NCBI GenBank assembly: GCA_965285935.1
Contig: OZ260666.1
Span: 70,184,001-70,248,000 of the forward strand
Origin: Ophelia neglecta
Lineage: Eukaryota
Reading direction: 5' to 3'
Length of the DNA: 64,000 nt
Shown here piece after piece: positions 1 through 14,049 of this stretch. The notes under the pieces were generated by a model. That model made no database searches. It was not told the DNA's origin and saw only the letters and a program-made list of their open reading frames with translations. Every line of letters starts with the position of its first letter. Within the stretch, counting starts at the first letter, position 1. A program made the translations under genes and the position numbers.

Positions 1-54
1 TGATTATTTTTGTTTGCTCTGGTCGGTCGGGATAAGCCATCTTTGCCTTGATTT

Positions 55-150
55 CCCTATCATGACCAGACATCGACTGATTGACCGATGGCTTCCTTTA
101 TGACAAATAACCTCACTGATAGTTCCCGACTGGGTCCCTGATACCGATCT
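55..150. repeat. Old interspersed repeat, family D, copy 1 (partner at 41961-42058)
   Basis: ctatcatgaccagacatcgactgattgaccgatggcttcctttatga... aligns by eye, same orientation and without gaps, to ctatcacgagcagacacccattgattgactgatggcttccttcatga... at 41961. Confidence 0.75.
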
Positions 151-2845
151 TTACACTGCCAGGCTTAGACAGGTCGGAATAATATCTGATATTGATTTCT
201 ACTCGGAAAATGCCCCGATCTCCATTAATTCAGAAACTCGGTAACGAAAATGGATGATGACCTCTGTATAATAAGTCAGCACGTTTAAAGTGTAAATAGA
301 TTCAATGGAGTATAAAGAAAATGGGCATCCAGTGAACGTGCGTAAAGACTGATATTTGGTATGCATATTATCATCAAATTGTAGGAGTTTCCATTTTACT
401 GCAGGCATGGTGTATACTTTCATTGTGAAATCTTTAGTAAGGTATCATTACAGAATTTGATTCCTGTATTTTATTAATATCATTATTATAAGTCCGAAAT
501 ACACTGGTCATACCTATTTTATAGCTATTACCATATCGAGATTCGGGACTATGTACAAAATGTCAGATTTAAAGCTTTGTCTTTCATTTGACATTATAAA
601 TACATTTTCCGCGTGTGTATCTGTGTATGAGTTATGGTTAAATTTTGATAAGAAAGTAATTGTATATGGGAGTCTTATGTATGTGTTTATGCATATGTGT
701 GCGAGCTTATTGAGTGTAATAACTTTTTTAAATTGTAGAACTATCCCCTTTAAAATTTAGACCTACACATTTCAGAAAGACAGATATGGCTAAAAATGTG
801 GGAAACATGATAATATTATCACTACAGTCATGTAGAATGATGCTCCTGTTTTGAAATAATTCCTATTTCAGCTTTTAGAAAGGTAAAGCTTAGACTGTGT
901 TGAATGGAACAAGTTAGGTTAAATTGAATAGCAGATTTTGCGAAAATATGGCACTAGGTCAAAGCATGGATGAACACCGTACAACTATCAAATATCAGAG
1001 AAAATGATGTATCATCAAAGACCCTGCTCCTTGATCAGAATCCAATAAAATTTGACTTGTCTTTATCAAATTTAAATTGCTGGTCATAACAGGCTTTGAA
1101 ACGACAGTTACAATATTGAGTGATCTTAAGCATGAGACGATTTTAGGCTGTTAATTATTGAAATAATTTGTCTCTGTAAAAATCGTATATCAAGTGATCA
1201 ATTAAAATGCTAGTTCACTTTGTTACCAGAGTATTGTTCTGATAGGTTCTGCTATCAGTTTGGCTATACTTTCTTCATAGTGAAATAGACAAAATGTGGT
1301 TGGCTTGAGACTCGGCAACTCAAATTTGTAAAAGCGATAACTGACCTGATTTTGAGAGAAAACATTAATTTGCCTATCACAATCTCACCGGCGGTCACTG
1401 GGTCACCATTGAATTATATCTTCAATTGATTCTATCATTTTCAGTTAGATGATGCGGTAGTTATCGTCATTCATATTAGCTCATCATCTAACCTCCGACC
1501 AAAACATGAAATCCTCTCGCCTAGCATTCAGCCAGCACTGATTGCTCAAACTAGTGTTAAATCGATCTTATCCAGCAATTGAATTTTAAGCCAATTGATT
1601 ATATTTAGGTTTGTCACATGCTTGCTAAATAAAAGTTATTTGTCTTCACTTGCGCTGACTTAATAATTCATCTGAAATGTCGCTGAGAATGGGAATAAAT
1701 TGGGACCGTTTTAATTGTTTTATTGAGATGGATATTTGTTTCCAAGAAATCAAACTCCCTTTGAGCAATATAAGCCATTGCTAAACAAGTATTTTTTATT
1801 GGAGCATTTATTGACTCATGACAATCAGTTTTATCTAGGTCAATTGAAAAATGCTAGGCACTGACGGAGTGTTTTCATTTACACATTTAATCAGTAAATG
1901 TCAAAGGGGCAACACACTGTTTGGCAGATGTGCATCCCAATTTTCACACTCCTCTTTTAATTGCAGATCATGACGCATTTCAACAAAATTTATTAAGACT
2001 ATTCATTTGTTGATCTTTAACAGAACACAAATAATGCTCTTAAGCCACATACAAGACAACAATTCCTACTTAATCTGCTAAATTTGTCATTAGGTTGGCT
2101 GAGTGAAAGGACCCAACCGCATGATGTGAGTATGGAACAAGGCATGTTTGGGCTCTGCGAATAGCTATTTTAGACAAGTCAAACTGGTTTTGGTATCTAT
2201 CTCCCCCATGACGTGCGAGGAGGGAGGAGTAAAACTCTACTTTCTGCTGGGTATTATTAAGAAGAAATTGGCAAGGCCACATTCCAGTCTAAATGTCATT
2301 ATCGACACCATTTACATATTACAAGAACTTGTAGCTCATGTTCTCTGACGATGTCTCATTGTGAAGCAATACTATGTGGATATCGTTGGTTAACATACGA
2401 ACCACAACTCACTCCAGTTTTCGTTGTGAAATTGAATATGGACCGCAGAATATAATCAGCAATGATACTAAGCATTTGGCATAATTAACGTTTAACGGCG
2501 AAACATAAGGATGATGACATTTAAAATGAACAAACAGCTAGAATTCAGCAATAGTTTTAATCTAGGCTTTTTAAGAACCAAAGTTACCCAGGGTTCTGCG
2601 TCTGGTATTTACAGGCAAAAAATCATGCTTCGCCTTCCGCTGGCACTTAGTCATATCCTTCAATATGTCTATCATATCGTAAAGAATATATACTTATGTG
2701 TTACTGACTTGGTATCAAGTAGGACTGGCCTAAAAAGGTAATATGATTTTCCTTGCAACGAGGATTCACCAGATCGGCATGACTGCAAGTCTTATTTCAA
2801 ATTTGTTGTTATGACAAATGAATTAAGAGACATTTCTTTGAGCTA

Positions 2846-2995
2846 AGATTGTTATCGAGTTGATCGATTTGACATTCACTGATTAGGCGAGGAAACGAGG
2901 ACAAACCCGGCGTCGAAGATGGTTTTTACTACTACTACAATTACATATGGGACTCAATGGTAGCATCCATCTTACCTCTACGTGACTTATAGTGA
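2846..2995. repeat. Old interspersed repeat, family B, copy 1 (partner 46097-46270; partial copies near 50850-50888 and 57590-57617)
   Basis: agattgttatcgagttgatcgatttgacattcactgatt vs agatcgttatcgggttgatcgatttgacactcgctgatt; a downstream block acatatg...aatggt..cat.catctt...atagtga is also shared. Confidence 0.75.
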
Positions 2996-3250
2996 TACAG
3001 TACCGATTCAGAGAAAACGGGATGTTGGCTTCAAAAGAAACGTATACCGGACAGAGAAGTTAATGTACAGAAAAAGAAATGTAAAATCAACAAAAATACA
3101 GTCAGATTATCAAACTTAATATGCCCTTACGAGTAAATTCAAATGCTCATGTTGATACATATAATTGAGAACGAGTGTGTCAAATATTCATGACAGACGG
3201 ACTAAATCTTATTAGCCATTCTGGTTGTTACATTCCTCAAATTAGCAACT

Positions 3251-3340
3251 ACGATTGACTTTTCCTTGAAGCTATGACGTTTTCTTGTTGTTTGATTGGT
3301 GATTTATTTTCATTGGATGTGGATAATGGCTTGGCATGAT
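3251..3340. repeat. Old interspersed repeat, family C, copy 1 (partner 48314-48405)
   Basis: gattgacttttc...ttcttgttgtttgattggtgatttattttcattggat vs gattgacttttc...ttcctgttggtttattggtgatccgtcttcatttgat. Confidence 0.65.
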
Positions 3341-3651
3341 ATGTGTGACTAAAAGATGACATGCCTCGTAGTCACTGAGAGGCCGCCACTGCTCACGGAA
3401 ATGGGAAATCCGTTTACATAGTACAAATATATGTCAAATAAGAACACAATGAATTAATCAGAAGGCTTATCTTTAGTTAATTACTGCCCGTTGTGCTTAT
3501 ATGTCACTGCTTACATTTTATGTTTGCCATTGCCCATGAGCGCAAGCCAGGCAAAACACATTTAAAATGTGTTTTATATCAATCAAAACTTCGGTCGCAA
3601 GATTTCAGACATCAAACGGTGCATAAACAGGAATAAATTTAGGTTACACAA

Positions 3652-3699
3652 ACACACACGTGCACGCGCACGCAAGCCCCCCCCCCACACACACACACA
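3652..3699. repeat. (CA)n/(CG)n and poly-C simple repeat
   Basis: acacacacgtgcacgcgcacgcaagcccccccccc acacacacacaca read directly. Confidence 0.85.
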
Positions 3700-5752
3700 T
3701 TCATTATAGCTTATTACATATTTGTTTGATCTGTGATGAAAAGAAAGTTCTCCAACGATGTAAGTTATTCCAGCTGTGCACTATTTATATCAGATTGTAG
3801 TAAAACCAAAAAAAATATAATTTCGGCGAAGGTTATAGCGCCAATACTATAGAGAAAGCTACCAACAGCTTTGATGTAGTTATGTCTAATTGGGAACTGG
3901 GATTGGTCAGGGCAGAGATTTATACGTTACGCTTAGCTAGGGAGACCATCTAAATGAATCAAAACTTGGGAGCATAGCACGTCTTCGGAAGATTGGATGA
4001 AGTACTTTTCCGAATTGCAGACTAAATGAAGTAAATTAGAAGGTAATGAATCAAATTGAACAAATGTGTTGGCCCAATTCCTTGTTGCCTGGTAATCTTT
4101 CTTGCCACACAAAAGACGTTCTAGGAAACAGTAGCAATCACAGGCAAATTATTGGAGATGTGATTACTTAAGATGGGATTTATCAAACGCAAAACCACCA
4201 ATTTTACTCCAGATTCCAGCAAGTCTGTTTAAGTGTTTTATTGTTTCAGAAATAATGAATATAGCATGGTTCACATTTACGTATACAGACTGTGTTTGGT
4301 TCAGTTAAGTTCACTTGAAAAAACAGCTTTCAACTTTGAACTTGGTAAAAAGACGTAGTTGTGTTATCATAGCACGCGAGAAAAAACGCGACGTTGTACG
4401 ATACATCAGGAAACATGACTTTTTAATAACTCTTTCTGCTGCTAATATATGCCTGACGGCTATTTCTAGTGAGCTGGTTAATGGTGCATAATTCATAATA
4501 TATCTAACTAAACAGCCTGCAGGTACTCCCTTGCTTATAAAGGTCACATTATAGTGACAGGGGGCGGCATCAAAAAATCTTAGGCCTTCAAACAATCTTA
4601 TTGTGCTTGTGATGGTCTGAATTTATATCGGACCCAGGAGGCACCGCTGTGGTGATAGGTGGGGGATGTCAACGGTTAGATGAATGGTACTGGTAAGGCC
4701 ATAAGACAAAGTTCGAAAACGGTCATAAACACTGAACGTATTAAGGAAACTAGACGTGAGCACAAGAACCTTTTTCACGTTGTTTCCGTAGTGTGACCCT
4801 TTGACTTTTATTGACTACATCAGGGTTTCACAGGAATAAAGGTTACAACCCTGAATGTCGCTAATGATAACGATAAGAAAAGTCCACAAACCTTTAAGGC
4901 AAAATATTGGTGAAACTTTGGGCATACAATAACAAGCAATCATTTACATTTGGTAATTTGCTGGCTCTAGCAATCCGTATACATGACAGACAAGACAAAT
5001 TGATTGCTCGTTAGTTTCTTTAAAAGTCCGGAGGGGTTTCATAAAACAGTGCGCCTTTAAATGCCAAATGAACTTACAAGCTGTTTTCGGTGAGTCAGCA
5101 TTGTGTTAAGGGCATTTGAATAATGAAATAGACTCGTAGAAGGTCGCACACAAACACTTCATGTTTTAAAACGGTGTTTTTTGATAATTCTATGCACCAG
5201 TAAGAGAAAGAAAGGAAGTCGTTTGCAAGAAAGGAGACCACTCACTGTCTTAGGATTCCGACAGTACTGCATGTGGCTCATGTGACACTTGTGACACATC
5301 TGAAGTAAAATTAGAAATTTCAAGAAAAAAATCTCTAGTTTCTATTTTTCTTTCAATTTTACGATAATTGTGGAAATTAAGAGTGTTCGTAGATACAACG
5401 CGATGACACATTTCGTGTTAAACATCTTGTCTTCTTGTGAAGTGGCATGTGTAAGATATTGCCATACATCATAAACCCAAGGCTATACACTTCTAGACAT
5501 AGCTTCCCGAACTTGATTTACTTTATCAACGGGCGTGATTTATTTATGTATGAGACACTGTATGATCGCCGGAGGCAGCCGCGTGGGCCGGTTAAAACGG
5601 TAAGTGATCGGTCAATGACGATCTCACAGAGATAGCACTATACCATCCAACGATATAAGCATAGAACTGACAGGCACAAATGGATTACTGATTAATGGGT
5701 TTACATTGACTGCCGGGTATTCGCCCCGCTTTTTCTATAACCATAAGGATTA

Positions 5753-5897
5753 CCGTGCAACCTGCCTTAAAGACCACCTTATTTGAAGACCCTACTGCAT
5801 ACTTTTAATGTAAAATAACCTGTCTAAAGAGACCACCTCCACAATCAGATCAGTATTTTCCAGTCCCTTTGGTGGTCTCAATTCACAGTTTTCACTG
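5753..5897. mobile_element. MITE family 1 (Tc1/mariner-pogo type ends), copy 1, internally shortened
   Basis: TA|ccgtgcaacctgccttaaagaccacc ... ggtggtctcaattcacagttttcactg|TA; imperfect TIRs of about 26 bp, TA on both sides, body shared with the copies at 15632, 52515 and 59051. Confidence 0.9.
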
Positions 5898-6374
5898 TAA
5901 TTGCATTGTGGTAAAGAAACTAACCAGATACAAAGGCTAACATACCGTTAAATTAACCGACCATAAAAATGTATTACCTAAACCCAGCGCGTAAACTATG
6001 ATGGTTTGATTTGCACTGGGCACCAGGAAACTTGAACTTGTATTGAGCTTGTATTGTTACATTTAGCTGCAGATAACAACAAGGATAAGTGCATAAGTCT
6101 TTAATTGTAGCAGATACAGCAGCTCTAATATTCCAAGCCGCTTTTCATAAATTATCGCTTACATTTAACATTGCACGGTAGAGGCCTATTGCAATAGCTA
6201 CCATTATGAATACACCGTCGAATGCATTAACTAAAAGATAAGCAATCACTGGTTTTCAGCACTTTCGTAGCACCTATAATGGTACTTCTCTGAACGGCCA
6301 GCTCGGTTTTTCACCCGAATTCAACTGTTAGCGCACACATAAACCTGCAGCCACAGTCAATAACCACTTTGGTG

Positions 6375-7160
6375 GAGGGCGGTGCATCAACATTTGCTTA
6401 GAAAAACTCAGCCAGGCGTTTTACTGTGAATTTCCTGCCGGCTTTTGTTTTATTGGATTTGGCATTCAGGCAAATATTGTGCATAAAATGAGTTATTTGT
6501 GGAGATAGATTTGTTTATATAATGCGTGATTTTAAAGGCTCTCCATTTAAATATTTAATAGCCCAGAGATTATGAGTTTGTATCACGATTACGTATCAAA
6601 CTGTCATTTTGGAGATTTGCATGATTTTAATGGCAACTTGTGCCAACGATAAACACAGGTATAATACACTAATAAGTTGGTCATTGGTCTATAAAGTATG
6701 TTACTATGTAAACGGACCTTTCTTTCAAGTAAGGGGAAACACAGGAAATGACAATAGGCTTGAAAACGAGGGCGGTGCATCAACATTTGCTTAGAAAAAC
6801 TCAGCCAGGCGTTTTACTGTGAATTTCCTGCCGGCTTTTGTTTTATTGGATTTGGCATTCAGGCAAATATTGTGCATAAAATGAGTTATTTGTGGAGATA
6901 GATTTGTTTATATAATGCGTGATTCTAAAGGCTCTCCATTTAAATATTTAATAGCCCAGAGATTATGAGTTTGTATCACGATTACGTATCAAACTGTCAT
7001 TTTGGAGATTTGCATGATTTTAATGGCAACTTGTGCCAACGATAAACACAGGTATAATACACTAATAAGTTGGTCATTGGTCTATAAAGTATGTTACTAT
7101 GTAAACGGACCTTTCTTTCAAGTAAGGGGAAACACAGGAAATGACAATAGGCTTGAAAAC
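6375..7160. repeat. Near-perfect 393-bp head-to-tail tandem duplication (6375-6767 and 6768-7160)
   Basis: Both units begin gagggcggtgcatcaacatttgc and end ataggcttgaaaac; the only difference I saw is gattTtaaagg vs gattCtaaagg. Confidence 0.95.
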
Positions 7161-7424
7161 AATGTATAATAGAACTCGAAATTGATAGAATTCGAAATAG
7201 AAGGCGGTGTAGGTTACTTTGTGAGATTAACAGTTAATTGTGACTTGTAGTTTCTTTTCCTGATAGGATTCCTGATTTCGGGTGGACAGGAGTATATATG
7301 CCCGTATTACGATTTGGTCTTGTTAGTGCTTGTAATAACTAGGTACTGGTGGTTACCCATACAATGTAGTTCTGTGAGCATGTCCTTACCATGAAAATAA
7401 CAAGAGTGACTTCCCATAAAGTGT

Positions 7425-7515
7425 AGAGTGAATACCCGGCAGACAAAGTCAAATCATTAGTCAAGAGAAGTTCAATAGATAGGTTCGAAATCAGCGGGAA
7501 CAAGCAGCCACAACC
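7425..7515 (+). repeat. Old interspersed repeat, family A, copy (others: 43114-43195 +, 54736-54821 -, partial 5689-5724 - and 27160-27194 +)
   Basis: agagtgaatacccggcagacaaagtcaaatcattagtcaagagaagttcaatagat aligns with agagtggataccacacaggcaaggtgaaatcggtaatcaagaaaagttcaataaat (43114) and with the reverse complement of ttggctttgtctgccgggtatccactc (near 54800). Confidence 0.8.
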
Positions 7516-10017
7516 CCAGACACATCTGCATTCTCCAAGTGCATTATGTACATGCAGTGTAACGTTTATAAGTTCCAAATATATCAATACCGCCAGGTTA
7601 TCCTGTAGAAACCCGCCAACAGAGAAGAATGCGAGGGAGCTAGATAGCTGTTTCACCATACCTTGCCGAGTAAACCCTGGTCTAAGCATATCGGCTAACA
7701 GTAATTTAGTGTTGGGTGCCGGGTTCATAGCGAAATTGATACCAAATCGACACACAGTATTGACATAATCCTTGTCATAAGAATTCAGAGACAGACCTTC
7801 CTCTCCCTGTAGCTAGATGGAATTCCAAATAAAAATGTCAATACAATTTTGAATTAGTTTTATATAAAGCTAACGTTTATAATGCTAAAATACGCGGAGG
7901 AAACGGATATATTTCTTAACCCCTACCTCAAATGGTAGAATTCCTTTGTCCAAGAATTTTCAAAGCAGATATAGACCCCATTGTGCCTGGTGAATATCGT
8001 TGATAAACCTATGCCTGTACCAGCTTACCAGACAGGTGTGTACTGGTGATATTTCATAATATGACTCAATCACTGCAAAAACGGTCGATGCATTGTAGAT
8101 GTCAGCTGAGAGTTTACCGCTCGTTCCCATGCCGCCAGCCAAGGGCTGCTGCTATTGGAGATAGCTTAATACCTCAGTCGAAACAAACCTATCTCGTATC
8201 CCCACATCAAAATACAACTGTGCTTTCTCAATTGACTTTCCGACTTAAACATTTCCACCATATGGTGGGAAAGAGTATTTAATCATCACAGAGCAGGCAG
8301 GTATCTGGGGCTAGTCTCTCATTTTGCAGCATTTTAGGTGCCCAATGAAGTTTTGTGCAGATTTTGCAGACTTTCATCTGCCGTGGCATACTGATACGAT
8401 GCACCTGAAACTAAAAGCGATATCAGGCGTTGGGTAAATTGATAAATTTTCAAATTATGAAGCAGCAGCATGAGTCATTTTGCGAGTTGAATCCGATATG
8501 GATATGCCACTGATCGGCACTCCCCAGCGGTGATGATTAGAAGTCCTTGTTGTAGCCACCCCCAAAGTCGACATAGATAATACAAAGTCAACATGATTTA
8601 AAGCTTCATAATCATGAATGTTCATGCCGTTAGGCTATATAACCGTACGAGTATTATATGGTTTCTGTTTGTTATAGATAAACAATATCATAAATGTACT
8701 CTTGAAAGCGCTGACGTTTTTTTATTGAGGCCACACATCATATACATGAGCAATAAACTATCAGACAAATTCGTATGATGACGAAAAGGGTGGGGGAGGA
8801 TGAAATGTACACTGTCTGTTCACTTTTAAGGCAACCTGCTGTTATTTTGGTAGGAGTTAAGATTATGTCTTATTCTTAGCAAATGCTTTATTATTAAAGG
8901 CGAGTACGTGCCCGAGAAGTGCAAGCTAGGGGTTCTGGTCTTTATATAAAGGGGGTTATATCCGCTTTCAAACAAGTGTTTCCTTCCGGTAAAAATGTGC
9001 AGAGTTATTTAATGGTATGCACAAGAATGCCTGTCAACTGATTGAATCGACATTTTCCAGGCTGTGTTTCCTCATCGATTAAGTGTGTTTTATATTCTTT
9101 TTAAAAGCTTTAAAAACACGTCTAATAGCGCTATGCTCTCATTGCTCTTAAACCTTGGCCAAATAAAATCTCATTTCCAAATGATATAAAAATACCCAAA
9201 TACCTTTTCTGATAACCTATTCCTCGTATTTTATTTAGACAGTGCCCTAATTCGTGTTTGAAGGTGCAGATAGCTGATGAAGTCACCCGGTAATCGTTCT
9301 GAATGTGAAATTGTACCCGATAAAGAAACTAGATGACAGAAACCACTTCAGCTTTGAACGGAATAATTATTTTATGCAGGATGCTTCGGAGAGAACACTG
9401 CAAGTAGGTTCGTAAACTCTCTGGAATAATTAAGAGCGACCGCAGATATATTTATCCAATTTCGCATGAGCTTATTGATTCAGAATACCCGAATTCTCGG
9501 ACAAGGTGGTCAACACTGTAATATAAAGTGTGATTTGGCTTGGCTTTCTCCCGATGGCACCTTATGACCAAGGCAACTAAGATGGAAGATACATGGATCA
9601 TGTTATTCCAGACAATGAAGGCGTTCAACCAATCACCAATAATCAAATTATTGCCACCGATTTCTCATTGTTAACTACCCACATATCTTCAACGATTCCG
9701 TGCACTGTTTTTTAGGTGATATTTTCATGCGTATTAATTATAATCATTATGGAAATCGTTGACATTATTCTTTCTCTACAACTGAAGATGGGTAATGCTC
9801 AGTAAAGTGGAATCGTGGCATTTTGTGAACAAATAATAACGATGTGTGCCTTCACGGTTATAACCATAAATACCTCATAAAGAAGAATGAACCCTTTTTT
9901 GTAATAGTTGTTTCAACGACATTGAATTTTCCCTGATGCCGGCCATGTGTAATTCCCGTGATCTGAGATGCATTCAAGAAGCATCGCTTCATGAATCGTA
10001 AGCGTACCTAAGTATCA

Positions 10018-10045
10018 TGTTCATTAGTACATGTACTAATGAACA
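10018..10045. other. Perfect 28-bp palindrome
   Basis: tgttcattagtaca|tgtactaatgaaca, 14+14 with no spacer, checked base by base. Confidence 0.95.
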
Positions 10046-13000
10046 ACACGTATCTTATCATTTACGGACATCCGACTGTTAAATAAGCCTAGGATTATCG
10101 CTGACAATTGCAAAGGATAATTACCCCCGAATCAGATTGGTACCTAACCCAGTTTTCCGGCTGGGTGCCTGTGTTTATATTTTCTAGTCATTGCAGGAGA
10201 CTCCCTTTCAAAACATTAAGCAGTAATAACAGAAGTAATGGTTGAGCCACTTTTATAACAAATACATGTATTGTGATTTCTTGTCTCGTGCCTTGCACAT
10301 GCTTGTAAGTTGATATATAAACCCAGTGATTGGTCTGGCTTAGCTGAAAAAAACTGAAATCATCCATTCTATGTTCAGGAGATGACCATAATCATTAAAA
10401 TTGGATTGCATATTGTTATACCAAAGGTTGCGGTTCGCCTTCAACAGGTACTCATGGCCGTTTGCCAAACAAGCATTAATACCCATTCCCTTTTCTTCAT
10501 CTTTCTATCAATGGCTTGATAATTGAATTAACTAGCTCTTTCGCCATTCGCATAACTTTTTTCCAATAAGAACTACAATTAGCCAATACTTCAGTTGATA
10601 ATTGATATTTTTGTTTTGTTTTAAATTAATGTTTCTTCGCTTTAATGAGAACGACACGTATGAAACCAAAATATATAATCCTGGGTGGCCCAGATCGTTT
10701 TTGTTGCAAATTAAATCGGCCCATAGCAGTTGATATCCTTATGTTCATAGGACTATTCACAGTGCTGGAATAAAGTGTTTTTCAGTTTATCACTGGCTAA
10801 TTACTAATTTCTTGTTTGCCAAGATTGGCAGCGCGTACATTCTATTGGAGACCATTGTTTGGAAAGGAAAGAAGACGCTTCAATGGGAAGAAAATTTGCG
10901 GCAAAAGAACTATTGCCCAGCAGGATCCTTGCCCAATGTATTGATAAACGAGCCAATTAATGAGTGCTCCCGGCATGACTCTAGGGACTAGTCATTATCT
11001 CACCATGTAAAATGTGGGCTGACTTGATTGATTTTAACGAGTTGGCGTGAGATTGCAATCTTCTCCCGTGACTACAAGTGACAGTAATTAAAGTATATCA
11101 CAGGCCTTTTCAGGCACAATAGTTGTCATTGGCAAGGCGTAGACTGTACCGAATGTAGTTTTAGAGATCTTGAATGACAGTATCAAATAACATTTAGTTT
11201 GGGCGTGTATACCCGGTGAAGGCAAAATGTTGTATTAAATCTGTCGACAGGAAAACAAATAGTTGTATTTACTCTTTGCAAAGACAACCAGAGGCCAATT
11301 TCTTTGTATCCATACTAAAGCTCTGAAGCTATGCTTCCTGTTACTGAGGCAATTGTGTGATTATAAAAAGGATGCTTTAAACTTTGTTGAGCATTCCTGT
11401 CGACAATTCATACAGTCATTTATATTTTAGACATATACCTATGTAAGTAGGCATCTTAACTGGAGTGGTCGTTAAAAATGCATTTCAACTATCTCGCCAC
11501 CATATATGCAAATTAGAGATTGATTGATTGATTGAACACTCAAATAACCTGCATTCACCTTACAGCTTTTATTTATTTATTTGTGTGCATCCTTTACAAA
11601 CGAAAATTTACATACATCCGTTAGCCATGTGTAACTAAAGAGGGTTCGTTCAAAAAACTAGGTCGGCTATTGGACATTGGATGAAAACTTTTGAAAGCTA
11701 CGCAGCAAGTGGCATGAATTGTTTGAAATGTATAGATTTTATTATAATGTCATAATGGCCACCAATGAGAAACGAATTATTGTGCTATAGAAAATAAGCG
11801 GCAGGAACTTTTATTCAAGACGATAACGCTCTTTATTGAAGGGATAAGTATTAATCAGGATATTTTGGCAAACAGGAAATTGTCGTGAATAAATAACGAT
11901 TGCTCATTATGAATACATTTATTTGGTTAATTTGTACAATAAATTTGTTTTCTTATATTTGTTCTTTGTCAAAGGCAATGGCCAGTATTCTCTCAAAAAG
12001 TAAGAGTGTCGTTTAAATCATGATAGGCGAATATTAATCATGTACTTCGATACTGAAAAAGGTAGGGTTTACACACTGATGCCATCTGGTTCATGTTTTC
12101 GCTAAAACTGGCTATGCATAGCTGAAGTAATAAAAATGGACTTCATTCATACTAGGATAGTTTTTTAATAGCTAGCGTTCCAAGGCCACAGTGTTAAATT
12201 CCCATGATCCGGGCCACGGATTGTTGAAGATAACAGCAGTTAAAATATGCTCTCAAGGTGAAACGATAAATTATTCTGTCAAAGGTGCGTTCTGTTGTTG
12301 TTCCTTTCCCCGTTCCCTATGCACGAATCGCAGAAATGTTTAAGGAATCTAGCAGATAAAAAGTAAAGGCAAGTTGACACATTGACGGGCCCATATATTT
12401 TAATCACATGCCTTGTTGATTTACATCTGCCTATCTGCCTCAAGCAAATTAACGATATTTATCTAAAGCTCGGAAAGCAATCGTTATTGGAGAAAGTGCA
12501 CTTTTCATAGAAACCAATGATTCACAATGAAAATTACAGCAGGTGTAGCTTAGTGTTGATAAATGTGTTCCTGTGCGATTTATCGTCGGCAAGTTGATAA
12601 ATGCTTGTAATTGAGAAAAGTAATAGATCTGTCCTCAAAAGACCTTGTCCAGTCTTACAAGATCAACAATTTTTTCCAAAAAGAATTCAATGCACATCTT
12701 GTTGTCCTAGCCATATATTATCAAAACTGTTATTCTTTAAGTAATGCATTCATTTTGGCTTTCACTAGAATAAGGCAATATGAGGAACTAGGTTCATTTG
12801 GTCATAAAAATAGAATTGCTCAGGGTTAAAAATCGAGGCTTTTTTTGTACCCCGTGTCCACGGTGGTACTTATAAAATACACTATCTATCGAACTAATTT
12901 ATTTAATGGACACCAGTTGCTGTAATGCCTACATGAAATTTCAATGGGCGTCACGTTCGATTCTTTGGGTTTATTTCAGTGGGCAGAAGATTTACAGTAA

Positions 13001-13049
13001 TTTTATCCGTAGGACAATATTTCATCAATTCCGTATGGTGCAACCTGTG

Positions 13050-13578
13050 GTTAAGAGCAGGGCTTTTAATCCTTTTTTATAACAACGAATTGAGGAATTA
13101 TAATCAATCGTGTCCAATAACATATTATATGAAAGGATAGCTGGATAAGTTATACATTGAAAAAAATTAAATTTGATTTGATTTTCGAACTTGCATCTTC
13201 GATGTCAGTCTTGTGCCATAGTTATGAGTATTGGCATTAATCGAGAACAATGAGGACACACACCCAGGTGTAATGCCATAAATAACCTTATAAAGAAAGA
13301 TCTGAAGGGAAAATTTATATTGCATCTGGATTGGTAAAATACACAACTGATTAAATAAGGTTTGAGAAGGCGTATACCGTTTTGAGCTAGCCATAAGGCT
13401 ATCCGCTCTTTTCTGTAGTTTATAAAGGATCAATATAACTAATACATGCATTTTCGCATATCTCTAGACAGTAAATTCATTGTTTAGAATACGTAGCATC
13501 TCGTCGATATTCCTTCCGGTAAGAAAAGCATTGGAATCATCGGCGAAAAGAAAGAGATGTCATTTATATATAGAAGCA
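13050..13578 (-). mobile_element. Decayed CR1/L2-group LINE 3' fragment (RT core and C-terminus, internally deleted)
   Basis: Minus-strand translation with frameshifts gives LLLYIND / LFLFADDSNAFLTGRNIDEMLRILNNE / YCLEICENACISYIDPL / KLQKRA...TPSQTLFNQLCILP...FLYKV...THNYGTR / ...YKKGLK, the usual motif order of CR1/L2-type ORF2. Confidence 0.85.
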
Positions 13579-14049
13579 ATAGTGGCGGTGTAAAGATAAG
13601 GATATAGCTTTTTACCTACGAGTTGAAACATTTTGAATCACCGCCTTTAAACAAAATTAGGGAATGAACATAACTATGTAACAAATGATGAGGGTCAATA
13701 GTTAGAGAAGAAGCCAGTAGAAAGAAAATTGTAAGTTAGCGGATTGAGCTATAAAAAGTCCCCGAATTCGACGTGTAAATTTAAAATGGCACCATTCTTA
13801 AAGAATGCTAGTAACACAGTTCTCCTCCCAAAATGAACGATCGCATGATCTCATAAAACTGGCAGACACATGTATCACTTGGTCAAAGCATAAAATCATG
13901 CTCATCAATCAAACGTAACCTAATTACACAGCATGGGGCATAGCATTTTTAATTATCTTTTTTGCAGACGAACATTTTCCTACTTGTGGACTATAAAAAC
14001 GGACTGAAGTTTCTACTATATTAAAATAGCCATTTGTCGGACCTTAAAA

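Noticed and set aside
7339-7755. 138-aa minus-strand ORF
   Set aside because: No recognisable domain, non-ATG start, overlaps repeat family A, and much of the antisense frame is also open; likely spurious.
9273-9312. CTGATGA...GAAA hammerhead-like core
   Set aside because: Stem II, stem III and the cleavage triplet cannot be formed convincingly.
13031-13072. tRNA-like 5' half (tggttaagagcagggcttttaatcc)
   Set aside because: No B box or T arm, and it overlaps the 3' end of the minus-strand LINE relic.
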